A DNA stretch of 64,000 nt from IMG/VR virus record IMGVR_UViG_3300013233_000235, positions 1 to 64,000 of that record. One strand, given 5' to 3'. The position numbers and the translations under genes were made by a program. Below the pieces are notes generated by a model that was not told the DNA's origin, made no database searches, and was given only the letters and a program-made list of their open reading frames with translations. The first letter of the stretch is position 1; each line of letters opens with the position of its first letter. Of this stretch, positions 8,701-18,693 are shown in pieces.

Positions 8701-11700
8701 GCCAGAGTGGCTATACCTGTACCCATGGTTGTCGCAGCTGATGCGATAGTCGACCCAAAGGATAGCGCTGTGGTCGCCACGGTGCGTATGTTTTTCATCA
8801 TGTCGAATACCCCTGTGACATTGTCTTTGACCCCTTTGGCCTTTTCTAGCCAGGTTTTTTTCTTTCCAGGTCCGTCGGGCGTAGCGGGTTCATCAGCTCC
8901 GTCGGGCGTCCCCTCCACGGCCGATGCCGCAGTGTCGGGGTCGCCACCACGGGATTGCCAGCTACCATCCCGTTTACCATCGCTATCCCCATCGCCGGCA
9001 ACATCGTCTGGGTCAACCGCCTTCCCTATCTTGCGTAACTGTTTAAGCATGGCTGAAAAATAGCCACGCTCATTCACGTCGGAGGTTGTATCGTCGGAGA
9101 CATCGATGTCTTCGGCAGCCACATCATCGGGCAGCTCCCCAGCAGGTTGCTCCGTTGGGGATCCTCCGTCAGTTGGCACTTCGGCACTGGGTACGATCTC
9201 TGATGGCCCGCCCCTTACGCCATCTCGCACCCCACTTGCCACACTTGCGGCGGTGGTGGCCGCCAAACCGGCTGTAGCAGATATCAGCCTACCCTGCATA
9301 CCCCATAGTCGGAATAACCCCTTGAAGACAGCACCTGTTCTAAATGTGCGCTCCTTTAGTACGACACCTGCTTCCAAGATCTCTTTGGACGATGGGTCGC
9401 CCGATGCCTCTAATGCCTCGGCCCCTTCTAACAGTACCTCCCCAATTTGTTCTTCCGTTGCCCCCGCATCAGCAGCACGCACGGCCTGCTTCACAACTTC
9501 TTTCGCGGGGGTGGATAATGGCACAGTCTCACCCACATCCGTGGGACGCGTCGCGTCATCGGGCTGTGTGAGTCCTGCTGACCGGGGGGTTGGCTCTGAC
9601 GACTGTGTATCAAGATCAGCGCCGGGTGGCACGGGTGCCGCCGGTGTTGCCATACCATCTTGGGCGGGCATTTCACCCACAACATCGGAAGCCGCAGTTG
9701 CGGCAGTGGTGGGGGTTTCCACCTCAACCGCTGCATCGGGGTCAGGCTGACCCGGCGGTGCGGATGCCCCACCCGGCATTGGCCCATCCTCAGCAGCCAC
9801 GGGTTGGGCATTGGCTGCCTCTGCTGCGGTTGTGGCAGCAGGTGTTTGGGTTTCTGGTACCTCTGCGGTTGTGGCAGCAGGTGTTTGGGTTTCTGGTACC
9901 TCTGCGGTTGTGTCAGCTGGTGGTTCCACCCCCAGTGGGTCGGGGGACGTCGGTGAAGCATTGGCTGCCTCTGCTGCGGTTGTGGCAGCAGGTGTTTGGG
10001 TTTCTGGTACCTCTGCGGTTGTGGCAGCAGGTGCCGCCGGTGTCGCCATATCAGCTTGGGCAGGCATTTCACCCACAACATCGGAAGCCGCAGTTGCGGC
10101 AGTGGTGGGGGTTTCGGGGTCGGCCTCAGCAGCCACGGGTTGGGCATTGGCTGCCCCTGCTGCGGTTGTGGCAGCGGGTGGTAAGATTGGTACGACCTTT
10201 CCGGTAGTGGGATCTACCCGTAACCCTCGTCTCCCCAAGCTTACAGATCGCGCCTCTTCTTCGGTGGTTTCAGATGCCCCACTCCTAACAGATTCGCTTA
10301 TTAACGCCCTAAGGCTTTTGGTACCTTCCCCCTGTTTTAGTATTTCCCATAAACTGCGATCACCAGTCTGGTTAATGACATCTAGTCGGTTACCCGTATC
10401 ATGGTCGGGGCGTATAGTCTTATACATACGCCTTACCGCCCCACCAGCATCCCGCACGGTTTTACCAACGCCATGTATTAATCGCTCAATGCGGGTCACT
10501 GGGCGCCCGTCTTTATCGACGACCCCCCCTTCTAGGTCCTCGGCCGTAAGCAGTACTACCCGGTTTTTATCCACCACCGGGCCATTTATATCCGATGGTG
10601 AGCGCAGGTTATCCCCAGTAACGGCGGAGTAGTAATCGCCCCTTCTGAAACCCATAGCGTATAGCCGTGGCTTGCGCATATCCGATTTAGCATACACGTC
10701 CGGCACAATCAGCGTGCGCTTAACAGTCCCTACTAGGTTTGCCCCCATTTTCACGGCAGCGCCCATCGCCTGGAATTGGGCTTTCCAGGCTCTACCCACC
10801 ATACGTACAGCCGCATTAAGGCCACCACGTATTGGGGTGCCATCTCTACGCTGAATACCACGGCGGTACTCTTCATCGGATAGTATTATCTCACCATCTT
10901 CATTCATCACCGCCCCCTTTATATCCGTGGGTCGGTGAATGGGTTTACCGTTTTTAACTAGGCGCAGTGTGCCTGCACGCATATCCTTAGCGAGAATAGA
11001 TGGCTCCATCTCACCTTTAACGTAAACATCGGTTATGCGCATGTACCCACCGGTTACAACTTTGCCAGCCACATCCAGACCTTTGGATACCACGGCCGCA
11101 GTCATACCGGCTAAACCACCAGCATAGGCATTTTTAAGTAGTGCCGCTGTCCCATCTCCGGATCGCAAACTTTCTAGGAAGCTATCCTTCATGCCAAGTA
11201 GCCCACCACGACCTTCCCCGGTGGCAGAAGCCACAGACTGTAGGAGTGCGTGTGAGGTCTTAGCATTACCGTCAACTGAGTCAACGATCATCCCGGCTAG
11301 CTCTCTAAGTAGTTCCTCATCCGATTCAGTCTTGGTCTCCATCGATTGCATCGCACTTATCTGCTCGGATAGATGTGTGTTTTTATCGGTTAGCGACACG
11401 GACCTTAGGTCTGTGCGATTTTCGCCAAGTGCTGTTAGTGCAAGCCCGTATGCGGGCAAATACGATTCTTCTGCCTGGGCATCTTCAGCGGTTGGGGCGG
11501 GCTGTTCCCCCGAGATTGCTGAAGATATGAAGTTGACGGCAGACTTATACGTATTGCCAGCCACCTCCGCAGCTTTATCACCGACTTTCGTGACTGCTGA
11601 CTTGTCGGTATCACCCTCCCCACCCTCTGTTGTTAGGGCTTTATCAACACTAGCTCCCAGGTTATTAAAGAAGCCAAGGTCTTCGGGGTCTTTAGGATCA

Positions 11701-14700
11701 CCTGTGAAGAAGGTTGTTACGCCATCTAAAGCCATGTCTTTGGCATTAAGGGCAACGTCCACGACGTTATCCCTAGATGTCTCCATACGGCCTTTTACAG
11801 CATCTGGTAGCGTGGGGCCGTGTAGGGTGGACATGTCCAACATCATGGGCCCGGTTATAACCGGCCCATCCCGTTGGGCGGTTAGGCTGGCCCCTAGATT
11901 TTTAGCGCTGTTCATAATGCTGGTGATGTTATTAACCTCAGTATCATCCCCACCTATGGTCATGGCGCTGACAGCCTTCTTATAGTACTCATTGCCACTG
12001 ACATTCTTAGTTACAGATGCCACTGTGGAATTTTCCATAAAGTCTTTCTTTGCGTCTGCATACACTCGCTCAGCGGTATCAGCGGCAGTGGTCAATTTGT
12101 CACCCACTTTAAGAGCATCCACCTTAGCTGCGATGGCCAGCTCCAACTCCTCCACCTTGTCGACGGCCTTCCCAAGTGTGCCGGTGGGCTTGTCGCCCCC
12201 ATCTCCGGCTTTTATCCCTAGTTTGCCAACACCTTTGGCTATAGCCGCCGTGTAACTACTATCTTTATCGATGCCTACAACGCCCCGGATACCCGATTCT
12301 TCAAAATCATTTTTGAGGCTTACGGCGGCATTCTTGGCTGATGATTCTAGACCATCTAAGAGATTGTCGGCGCGCTGTATAACACTGGTGTCGCCATACT
12401 CGTTAGAGCCGATGTCGGCCACGTACGCAGCGCCCGTGTCCAGGCTAGCTGCTATTTCAGCCTTTGCTGCCGTTATCACATCACCAGCTAAGCCGGTATC
12501 CCGCGGGGCTAGTGGGCCTGTAAAACTATCCACGGGTATCTGTGGTGCGCGCGGTCCAACGAATGCCGCGTCCCTAGCAGTGTCGGCCTTATCGCCAAAG
12601 AATCTAGAGGCGTCATCGGCGGCACGCCTAAATAGCCCCCTCTGGTCCCCGTCTGGTGTTTCCGCATACCCCTTCACCGCTGAGACGGTCTCTGACGCCC
12701 CCTTAAGGACCTTACCGGCTAACCCCAGCTCACTACTGTCAGATGCCGTGACATCCTCTAAGGTGGCCTCTAGCGTGGCCTTAGCACTATCCACGGCATC
12801 CTTAGCACTCTTCACATGTTCGTTCTCATTGAACGACGTGACAGCATCCTGGACATGTACGTTGGTACTCACTGACTCTTTAGCCGACTCGTATGTATTC
12901 TTAATGGCCTCTTTAGTGTTGGTGACAGTATCTGTTTCTGATAAGTTCACCAATGCTTCTTTGACCGTGCTCGCTGAGCTTACCGCTTCTTTGGCCTCAC
13001 TGTAAGACTTTTCGACACTGTCCTTAGTCTCAGCATACACTTTTTCCGCACTATCTTTGGTGTCTGTGTAATACTTCTCTACAGAGTCGGTGTTGATACT
13101 AGAGATTGTATCGCTTAAGGTGCCGCCATGGTCAGCCACCCAGGTCTTAGCATCGACATACGTGCTATTGGTGCTCAGCCTGTCGTCCAATGCGGCAACC
13201 TTTTCCTCGGCAGACTTATACACGGATGACCCTTTGACATCAGCAACCTTACCATTTATGAACCCCAGCATTCCCCCAACTGGCGGTGTGTCCTGGATAG
13301 GTGCGGGTAACATGCCTGCATACCCCACCATGCCTATGGATCCGATGATGCCGCCGGGCGGGCCTTTATACACACCTTCGTGGTCAAACCCACTCATGGT
13401 GATGTCACCGTCGTACGTGTCTGACAGTGCATGGGGGTCGGCATCCGGGGTATAGGCGGGTTCTTGCGGAGGTGGCTGGTGGCCCTTTACCCAATTATCC
13501 TCGCCGCCGTTGTAAGGGGTGGTAACAAAGTCGTGCGCCCCTCTGATGGCCGCCCAGTCACTATCCCCACCAAACGTGTCTGACAGTGCATGGGGGTCGG
13601 CATCCGGGTTATACGAAGGTTCTTGTGGTGTTAGTTGGTGGCCCTTTACCAAATCATCAGCACTACCGTTGTAAGGCGGGTTAACAAACTCATACGCCCT
13701 CCGGATGGTCGCCCAGTCGTTCTCTCCGCCATATGTGTCTGACAGTGCATGGGGGTCGGTATCGGCGGATGGTACCCAGGCACCCCCACGGCTGTCGCCC
13801 CACGCTATGGGTTGGGGCGGGGCGACAGCTTCGCGCACCTTTACCCACTCATTACCGCCACCAGACCCGCTGGGTGGTGTGCCGCCACCACCTGGCCCAT
13901 TGTCGCCACCTGCTGACAAAATAGCAATTACATCTGCGAAGCCTGTTGCCACCACATCGTGCATCCGCGTGGACTGCTTATCCACCGTGGCCGTTATACC
14001 AGCAACTGCCTGTAAAACGCTGATATTGATATCTGACAGGGTGGTGAGGTCATCTGTAGATGCTGTGTCCACGCTATCATGGGGTTGGACCACATCATTA
14101 CTCGGGACACCCCCTGCTAATACTGTCGGATCGTTTATGATAACAACGGTCTCGGGCGCTATCTGTTGTTCAGCATCATCTCCACTAGCGTATAGAGGTT
14201 CTATTGGACTTATGGGAAGTTCATCCGGGGCGGGTGGTACGATTGGGGGGAGCTGGTCCACAACCGCGTCCGCTTGGTCAGATGCTGTTTCGCCACTCAT
14301 CTCGCTGATCACCTGGGACGGGGTATCCATAATGCCACGGGTAGGTGGCATTGCATCAACCACGGGGGGTTGGTCAAGTGGGTCGTTACCCTCATTCGCC
14401 GATGCGGGTGCCTCGGCATCACTAACCGGGGGCTTCTCTGGGTCATCGCCCACGGGCGGTGGTAGCTGGGTGCCAGGATCAGTGTCACTAACCGCCGGTG
14501 GTGCATCCACTTCTTGTTCGGACTCGGTAACATCTGGAGGCGGGGTGGGGCTACCAGCGGCCGTGTCCGCTGCCAGCCGTCTTGCCCTAATAAGCTCACC
14601 CATATCCGGGGCATCGCCGTAGGTGCCGTCCTCATTTTTATCAGCCAGGTGGTCCCCTAAGCGATAACTCGTGATGGTCTCGTTATCGCTAACCAGCTTA

Positions 14701-16988
14701 CCATTGGCATCTTCCTTCAAAATACCTAACCGCTTCATGGACTCACGGTTACCAGTGTAGTGTAACATAGCTGCCGTATTTTTCAGCTTGTTATCGGATG
14801 GTCGCATCTGTCTGAAGCGCTGTGTGACAGCTAGTCTGCGCTCAGGGTCTAGCTCGGTCACCATGGTGTTTAGCGCGGTCTTCACCTCCGTGGCAATGCT
14901 CTGTGTGCTGTACATGCCATCGGATGTATAGTTGTCTGATACGAAGGCCGCCTTAGTGTCCCTAGATGCGGATATGGCTCTGGACAATTCATTGACGGCA
15001 TCTTCGGACAATTCACCATTAGAGATCGTTTTAGCTATCTCTAATGATTTCTCATTTTTGGTACGGATTTCCTGCTCGCCAAAAACATGATTCTTTACAA
15101 CCTCGTCCTGTTCGGATACTGTTATAAAGTCCTCTTTCTCAACCGAGTACACCTCCCGCTCAGCGGTTGGGTCACCAGTATTGAGGATCTTAAACTCACC
15201 AAGGATTCGAGATAGATATCCGGGGATGATGACGTTTACCGATCTGTGCGTGATGGTATCGAACTTGGCTGCCTCGGAAACATTGTCCATCAAGCTGCCG
15301 CCCATATCCAACGACTCATTGAATCGGGGTATGACAGATTTGGCAAACCCGGCCAGTACATCCAAGCCGGCGGCCGTTACCCCATTCTGCTCAATGGAAT
15401 CCACGGCACCCCGCATGGGATTCCACTCATCCTCAGCGAACTCTTTATCGGTCATCCCACCTTGGGCCATTGATCTTAGGGCACCGGCTAACCCCTTCCT
15501 TTCGACTGCTTGTTCAACACCGTTACTATCTAGCGTTACCTCACGCCCCTCGTTGTTATATAGAGCCCCTGGCTCATTAGCCCGCGCATCCTCGTCTGGC
15601 GCCGCAGCAGCATCCAACTGACCCATAACGGTGGCGTAATCCGTATCACGTTTTTTTCGTTCCTCCGCTATTTTGTCATCATGCGCCTTTAACCGATCTT
15701 CCGATGTTGCCGGTATAAGCTTCCTAACACTATCCTCGATCTTACGCTTGGCGGCCTCTTTCAGATCCATCTTAGATATAACGGCCCGGCGATATACTTC
15801 GGTTTCAGTAAACTTCTTGTCTGATGAAGCCCACGCCTGTAGCCCACCTGCGGCACCCTCATTGAGGTACATCAGGTCCTTAGACAACCGCATGATCTTC
15901 TCATTCTTTTCTGCTAGTTTGCGTACCTTCTCCGACACTTTCTTTGTTACGAAACCAACGCCCGCACCGACGGCGGTATCAGCCGCCATTCCGTACGCCA
16001 TATCTTCACCACCGTCTTGGGCGGCTTCCCCTAACTGGCCGGCCATGTCTATGCCACTTATGACACCCTCTTTTACAGCGGATGCCGCGCCCACCACCTT
16101 GCCTTTGATATCGCCCCACAACTCTTTCTTAAAACTGCTGGTATATTTACTAATTCCATCGCTGACGGCGCCCATCATTTTATCACGGGCGAAGTCATCC
16201 ATTCTTTCACTCATTTTATACTTAACAGTCTCTGGTAATGCGGTATTCTTTTGAATACCTTTCATTAACTCGACTGCTGTATCAAAGTAAGGTTTGGACA
16301 CCTTTAACAGATCACTGGTGGCAAAATAGATACGATGTTGCAGCTCTAGATTCTTACGCTGGTAGTTGACAAGCACGCTGTCCTGATACCCAGCTAGTTT
16401 GGATACCCCCTCCGCGACTATCTTTAAATACCCAGCATTTTCCATATGTTGGGATGCACTCATCTTATCGCGGGTGTTCTCTCTTACATCCCGGTACTCG
16501 GTATCTGCCGCCTCTGTCACAGACTGCTGTTCGAAGATTGCAGCATTAGCGGCGGCAATTGCCGCTTCCTGTGGATCGATATGTTCACGGGATCGCTCTG
16601 TACCGGCAAAGTCCAACATGGTGTCGGCGATATTTTCCGGCAACCATGCTTTAATGTTTTCCGCCTGTCCCCGGATAGCCCCTTGGAGGGCGGTCTTAGC
16701 TGGCTTAAGTTCCTTTACGCCAGCCTCGTATACATCGTCCAGGTTGGATACAACATCGCCAATCTCATCCAGGGTGGTGCTATATCCCTCGGGCAGTGCA
16801 TTGTTTTTAATGGCTGCCCCAACTGTGTAGGCAGTATCCTCTGATAGTGCTGAATCCAGCACGGCATCTGAGACCTTGGCTGCGACTGAACGCTCACCAG
16901 TCTCTTCGCCAGACTCGGGGTCGAAGTCATCGAATGAGTCTAACCCACCCATGTCATCGTCGTAATCAATTTCCCATTCTTCGGACAT
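5772..16988 (-). CDS. giant tail/tape-measure-like virion protein (phiKZ gp181-like) with M23 peptidase domain
   Basis: 3738 aa, divergent from the vRNAP beta' gene as in phiKZ. It has two DVY...P.l.A..DI.G.V repeats, and M23 motifs HKGID, YAHM and HLHFE at about 7420-7806. Confidence 0.8.
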   Translation of the reverse strand: MSEEWEIDYDDDMGGLDSFDDFDPESGEETGERSVAAKVSDAVLDSALSEDTAYTVGAAIKNNALPEGYSTTLDEIGDVVSNLDDVYEAGVKELKPAKTALQGAIRGQAENIKAWLPENIADTMLDFAGTERSREHIDPQEAAIAAANAAIFEQQSVTEAADTEYRDVRENTRDKMSASQHMENAGYLKIVAEGVSKLAGYQDSVLVNYQRKNLELQHRIYFATSDLLKVSKPYFDTAVELMKGIQKNTALPETVKYKMSERMDDFARDKMMGAVSDGISKYTSSFKKELWGDIKGKVVGAASAVKEGVISGIDMAGQLGEAAQDGGEDMAYGMAADTAVGAGVGFVTKKVSEKVRKLAEKNEKIMRLSKDLMYLNEGAAGGLQAWASSDKKFTETEVYRRAVISKMDLKEAAKRKIEDSVRKLIPATSEDRLKAHDDKIAEERKKRDTDYATVMGQLDAAAAPDEDARANEPGALYNNEGREVTLDSNGVEQAVERKGLAGALRSMAQGGMTDKEFAEDEWNPMRGAVDSIEQNGVTAAGLDVLAGFAKSVIPRFNESLDMGGSLMDNVSEAAKFDTITHRSVNVIIPGYLSRILGEFKILNTGDPTAEREVYSVEKEDFITVSEQDEVVKNHVFGEQEIRTKNEKSLEIAKTISNGELSEDAVNELSRAISASRDTKAAFVSDNYTSDGMYSTQSIATEVKTALNTMVTELDPERRLAVTQRFRQMRPSDNKLKNTAAMLHYTGNRESMKRLGILKEDANGKLVSDNETITSYRLGDHLADKNEDGTYGDAPDMGELIRARRLAADTAAGSPTPPPDVTESEQEVDAPPAVSDTDPGTQLPPPVGDDPEKPPVSDAEAPASANEGNDPLDQPPVVDAMPPTRGIMDTPSQVISEMSGETASDQADAVVDQLPPIVPPAPDELPISPIEPLYASGDDAEQQIAPETVVIINDPTVLAGGVPSNDVVQPHDSVDTASTDDLTTLSDINISVLQAVAGITATVDKQSTRMHDVVATGFADVIAILSAGGDNGPGGGGTPPSGSGGGNEWVKVREAVAPPQPIAWGDSRGGAWVPSADTDPHALSDTYGGENDWATIRRAYEFVNPPYNGSADDLVKGHQLTPQEPSYNPDADPHALSDTFGGDSDWAAIRGAHDFVTTPYNGGEDNWVKGHQPPPQEPAYTPDADPHALSDTYDGDITMSGFDHEGVYKGPPGGIIGSIGMVGYAGMLPAPIQDTPPVGGMLGFINGKVADVKGSSVYKSAEEKVAALDDRLSTNSTYVDAKTWVADHGGTLSDTISSINTDSVEKYYTDTKDSAEKVYAETKDSVEKSYSEAKEAVSSASTVKEALVNLSETDTVTNTKEAIKNTYESAKESVSTNVHVQDAVTSFNENEHVKSAKDAVDSAKATLEATLEDVTASDSSELGLAGKVLKGASETVSAVKGYAETPDGDQRGLFRRAADDASRFFGDKADTARDAAFVGPRAPQIPVDSFTGPLAPRDTGLAGDVITAAKAEIAASLDTGAAYVADIGSNEYGDTSVIQRADNLLDGLESSAKNAAVSLKNDFEESGIRGVVGIDKDSSYTAAIAKGVGKLGIKAGDGGDKPTGTLGKAVDKVEELELAIAAKVDALKVGDKLTTAADTAERVYADAKKDFMENSTVASVTKNVSGNEYYKKAVSAMTIGGDDTEVNNITSIMNSAKNLGASLTAQRDGPVITGPMMLDMSTLHGPTLPDAVKGRMETSRDNVVDVALNAKDMALDGVTTFFTGDPKDPEDLGFFNNLGASVDKALTTEGGEGDTDKSAVTKVGDKAAEVAGNTYKSAVNFISSAISGEQPAPTAEDAQAEESYLPAYGLALTALGENRTDLRSVSLTDKNTHLSEQISAMQSMETKTESDEELLRELAGMIVDSVDGNAKTSHALLQSVASATGEGRGGLLGMKDSFLESLRSGDGTAALLKNAYAGGLAGMTAAVVSKGLDVAGKVVTGGYMRITDVYVKGEMEPSILAKDMRAGTLRLVKNGKPIHRPTDIKGAVMNEDGEIILSDEEYRRGIQRRDGTPIRGGLNAAVRMVGRAWKAQFQAMGAAVKMGANLVGTVKRTLIVPDVYAKSDMRKPRLYAMGFRRGDYYSAVTGDNLRSPSDINGPVVDKNRVVLLTAEDLEGGVVDKDGRPVTRIERLIHGVGKTVRDAGGAVRRMYKTIRPDHDTGNRLDVINQTGDRSLWEILKQGEGTKSLRALISESVRSGASETTEEEARSVSLGRRGLRVDPTTGKVVPILPPAATTAAGAANAQPVAAEADPETPTTAATAASDVVGEMPAQADMATPAAPAATTAEVPETQTPAATTAAEAANASPTSPDPLGVEPPADTTAEVPETQTPAATTAEVPETQTPAATTAAEAANAQPVAAEDGPMPGGASAPPGQPDPDAAVEVETPTTAATAASDVVGEMPAQDGMATPAAPVPPGADLDTQSSEPTPRSAGLTQPDDATRPTDVGETVPLSTPAKEVVKQAVRAADAGATEEQIGEVLLEGAEALEASGDPSSKEILEAGVVLKERTFRTGAVFKGLFRLWGMQGRLISATAGLAATTAASVASGVRDGVRGGPSEIVPSAEVPTDGGSPTEQPAGELPDDVAAEDIDVSDDTTSDVNERGYFSAMLKQLRKIGKAVDPDDVAGDGDSDGKRDGSWQSRGGDPDTAASAVEGTPDGADEPATPDGPGKKKTWLEKAKGVKDNVTGVFDMMKNIRTVATTALSFGSTIASAATTMGTGIATLASGVTLAGAALVVGGVAVVAGLAYGTYLLYNHIVDNADVDPMEGLRFLQYGANPTDARFVSSIRRLESAVISEITWRGAYPMLKVKSDVFYKEHCEDFMRIIDSKADWEEWNLWFTQRFMVVLLKHLTVIHSLDDGVNLDDIDDEIEPEDRSTFVRRVQFGPEEAAAGLMPYNVLASPMRNHPVHGNAAAIGEYSNTLINHYDDIIAGNGDEDGGEFDPDLPAIPKGPVDNEVRIKANLEAERAMANPRNYFTDDTIAASKNKAVKAATLAAGLTLGGGTAVEYNRYDPMSVRGIPKSDFIMPANGRISSPFGFRIHPKYKVRKMHKGIDIAAPSGTPVMAVADGVIYRRYVSHRGYGNAIYIKHGDGTATRYAHMLRFADEYGKGDRVKQGAVIGYVGNTGIGTGSHLHFEHRKDAAQEATAIDPMLALTPTVRKEAVKQVRRDSKPLAKNDKEGADVNDLEGYGTLAGAPAIPPESDMPPAVREDIEESLPTDVALTPVKMAALFTETVSGVANASSVNRVKAKSHQEGGVISSTGVAPTPAVTPAAVPHSPTKTDVLRANAQRAVNGLKDITAELYSKVSPEDRLSLSLEELLAKTAEGVDAVLADKGANGTEQPIKLDTVNANRVKRGQPAITEVEFSSMSPSNALFATNAEVARSVISSETPLPVKVPPVVSPITPVTEQDEKLAKVNASRHNRGYGGITMGEYESITPSDALFATSDEVAAMTRLHEIDGASRSAAVNHYREASGLPSMPAKQVATLGTGEAIAHEEPVKQVTPAEAVAHKTDGDLLQINAKRAVSGLKDISMAVYATLSDEQAYVYKGDVGKSAWTDTYSPKVYSGSPTTQVATTPANKPAGAATQDVNTAIQLDMSSGFSHAPTPPLPNVGNYTAVMNAQLELGNKAHNQREKLISSQTLIASKLDGILARLDKRASEAPKPPKVEPTTTVNKTTVNNVMGSTGGTEREFNPVVKYKS
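9634..10177 (-). repeat. nested in-frame direct repeats (39-nt units within a duplication of ~396-nt period)
   Basis: Repeated CCTCTGCGGTTGTGGCAGCAGGTGTTTGGGTTTCTGGTA; encodes ATTAEVPETQTPA and ETPTTAATAASDVVGEMPAQ. Confidence 0.9.
13417..13770 (-). repeat. 159-nt (53-aa) tandem repeat, ~2.3 units
   Basis: GTGTCTGACAGTGCATGGGGGTCGG at 13417, 13576 and 13735; encodes DPHALSDT three times. Confidence 0.9.
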
Positions 16989-17047
16989 GTCACATACGCC
17001 TATGTATAAAAGGTATCACAGTATTAACCACGCAATAAGGTACCAAA

Positions 17048-18682
17048 ATGAGACTAGAAAAGATCCCCTTCAATATCAAGTACCTGTCGACGGATAGGGC
17101 ACGCATACGCGGCATACTCCCTGTAACTGTGCTGGATATGTACCAGAGTAATAGCGGTGAGTTGCACCCGCAGGGGTTATACTCCAACGAAGTATTCGGT
17201 AGGGTGGGCACGCCCGAGCGCAATACCCGCCATGGCCTGCTTAATACCCGGGCTACATTCTTACACCCAAAAACCTTTGAGGAGCTGAAACGCTTAAAAG
17301 GTTTGTATGCCGACGTGATGGCCGGTAGGGTGTTCGCTAAGTGGGATAATAAGGTTAAGGATTTTACCAAGAGTGATGTCCTTGATGGCGAGACCGGGTA
17401 CTCTTTCTTTATGTCCCATTACGGGGATCTTAAGCTTCGTAGAAACGCATCGGCTAAAAGGGACCTCCGGATTGATGTGGTTAATAAGTACCGTAATGGT
17501 TCCGACATATACGACTACTTACCGATATGGCCAGCGGGCCTCAGGGACGTTAAACCCGATGCGGATGGCCGACCCATTGAGGAAGACATCAATAAGATTT
17601 ACAGACGTATCTTGATGCTCTCTAACAGTGTGTCATCAACTCTGATCGGTACCGAAGACCCAGCGCTAGATAGAACACGCTGGAGCTTACAGGCGGCTAT
17701 TCAAGATTTGTGGGATTACTTTATCGCGTTTAACGGCGGGAAGAACGGATTCTTTCAAGCCAAGTGGGGTAGCCGCAAGGTCGTATACGGCACCACCAAT
17801 GTAATCACATCCATGGATACCGCCACCGATGATCTAGATGGCTCCAGGTCCATTGACCTGACGACCACCATGGTTGGGTTACACCAGTACATGAAATTCA
17901 CCGAACCAATGTTCGTTGACTGGGCCATCCCCTCCGGTATAATGAGAGATGTGATTGAGACTATCTCCAATAGCCCTAGACTCATTAACACTAAAACGCT
18001 AAAACTAGAGCCCGTCGATCTGGGTGAGTATGAGCGAGTGGCATGGGGAACTGCCAAGGGGCGGTCAGGATTGATCGATCATTATAAGGATCTGGGTGTC
18101 CGCCATAAGCCCATGATGATAGGTAAGCATTACGCGGCTCTAATTTACAGAACTCGTAAGAATCTTAAAGTGTTTAGGGATATCGATTCCATACCAGATC
18201 ACATCGATAAGAGTATGGTCAGGCCTATCACTTGGGCTGAGTATATGTACTACGAGGCGTTCCAGTATAACGGGAGGATAAACGCTTTCGTTAACCGGTA
18301 CCCCATCACCGGTGATGGGTCGGTGTACATCGCCAGCGTGTACTTAAAAACAACTGTTAAAGGGGAGAGACTAAGAGTTCTAGATGACCAATGGCGTCCC
18401 AACCTAACTGAGTTGGAATACCCTGAGTTCCCGGATACGGCTAATGAGGCCGCATTCATGGATACCTCCAGCCCCCACTTAAGTCAGCTGCTACCACTGA
18501 ATGCCGATTTCGATGGCGACCGCAGCAGTACAACCGCTGTTATGTCCGAAGAAGCTGTCGCCGAGGCAAGAGAGCGATTAGATTCTATCGAGACATATCT
18601 AACGCCAAGTGGTACATTGCGACAACTGAGTAGCAATGACCTATCCAACTGGGTATTCCGTAACTTCACTGGTTTTAGATAA
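17048..18682 (+). CDS. virion RNA polymerase beta'-like subunit (phiKZ gp180-like)
   Basis: LHPQGLYSNEVFG N-terminus, NRYP motif and catalytic NADFDGD. Confidence 0.92.
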   Translation: MRLEKIPFNIKYLSTDRARIRGILPVTVLDMYQSNSGELHPQGLYSNEVFGRVGTPERNTRHGLLNTRATFLHPKTFEELKRLKGLYADVMAGRVFAKWDNKVKDFTKSDVLDGETGYSFFMSHYGDLKLRRNASAKRDLRIDVVNKYRNGSDIYDYLPIWPAGLRDVKPDADGRPIEEDINKIYRRILMLSNSVSSTLIGTEDPALDRTRWSLQAAIQDLWDYFIAFNGGKNGFFQAKWGSRKVVYGTTNVITSMDTATDDLDGSRSIDLTTTMVGLHQYMKFTEPMFVDWAIPSGIMRDVIETISNSPRLINTKTLKLEPVDLGEYERVAWGTAKGRSGLIDHYKDLGVRHKPMMIGKHYAALIYRTRKNLKVFRDIDSIPDHIDKSMVRPITWAEYMYYEAFQYNGRINAFVNRYPITGDGSVYIASVYLKTTVKGERLRVLDDQWRPNLTELEYPEFPDTANEAAFMDTSSPHLSQLLPLNADFDGDRSSTTAVMSEEAVAEARERLDSIETYLTPSGTLRQLSSNDLSNWVFRNFTGFR

Positions 18683-18693
18683 GGACCAATTAG

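Noticed and set aside
6043-16844. Many long + strand ORFs antisense to the giant tail gene
   Set aside because: Shadow ORFs from codon bias and low complexity; Ser/Pro/Ala-rich, with no supporting RBS or domain signal noticed.
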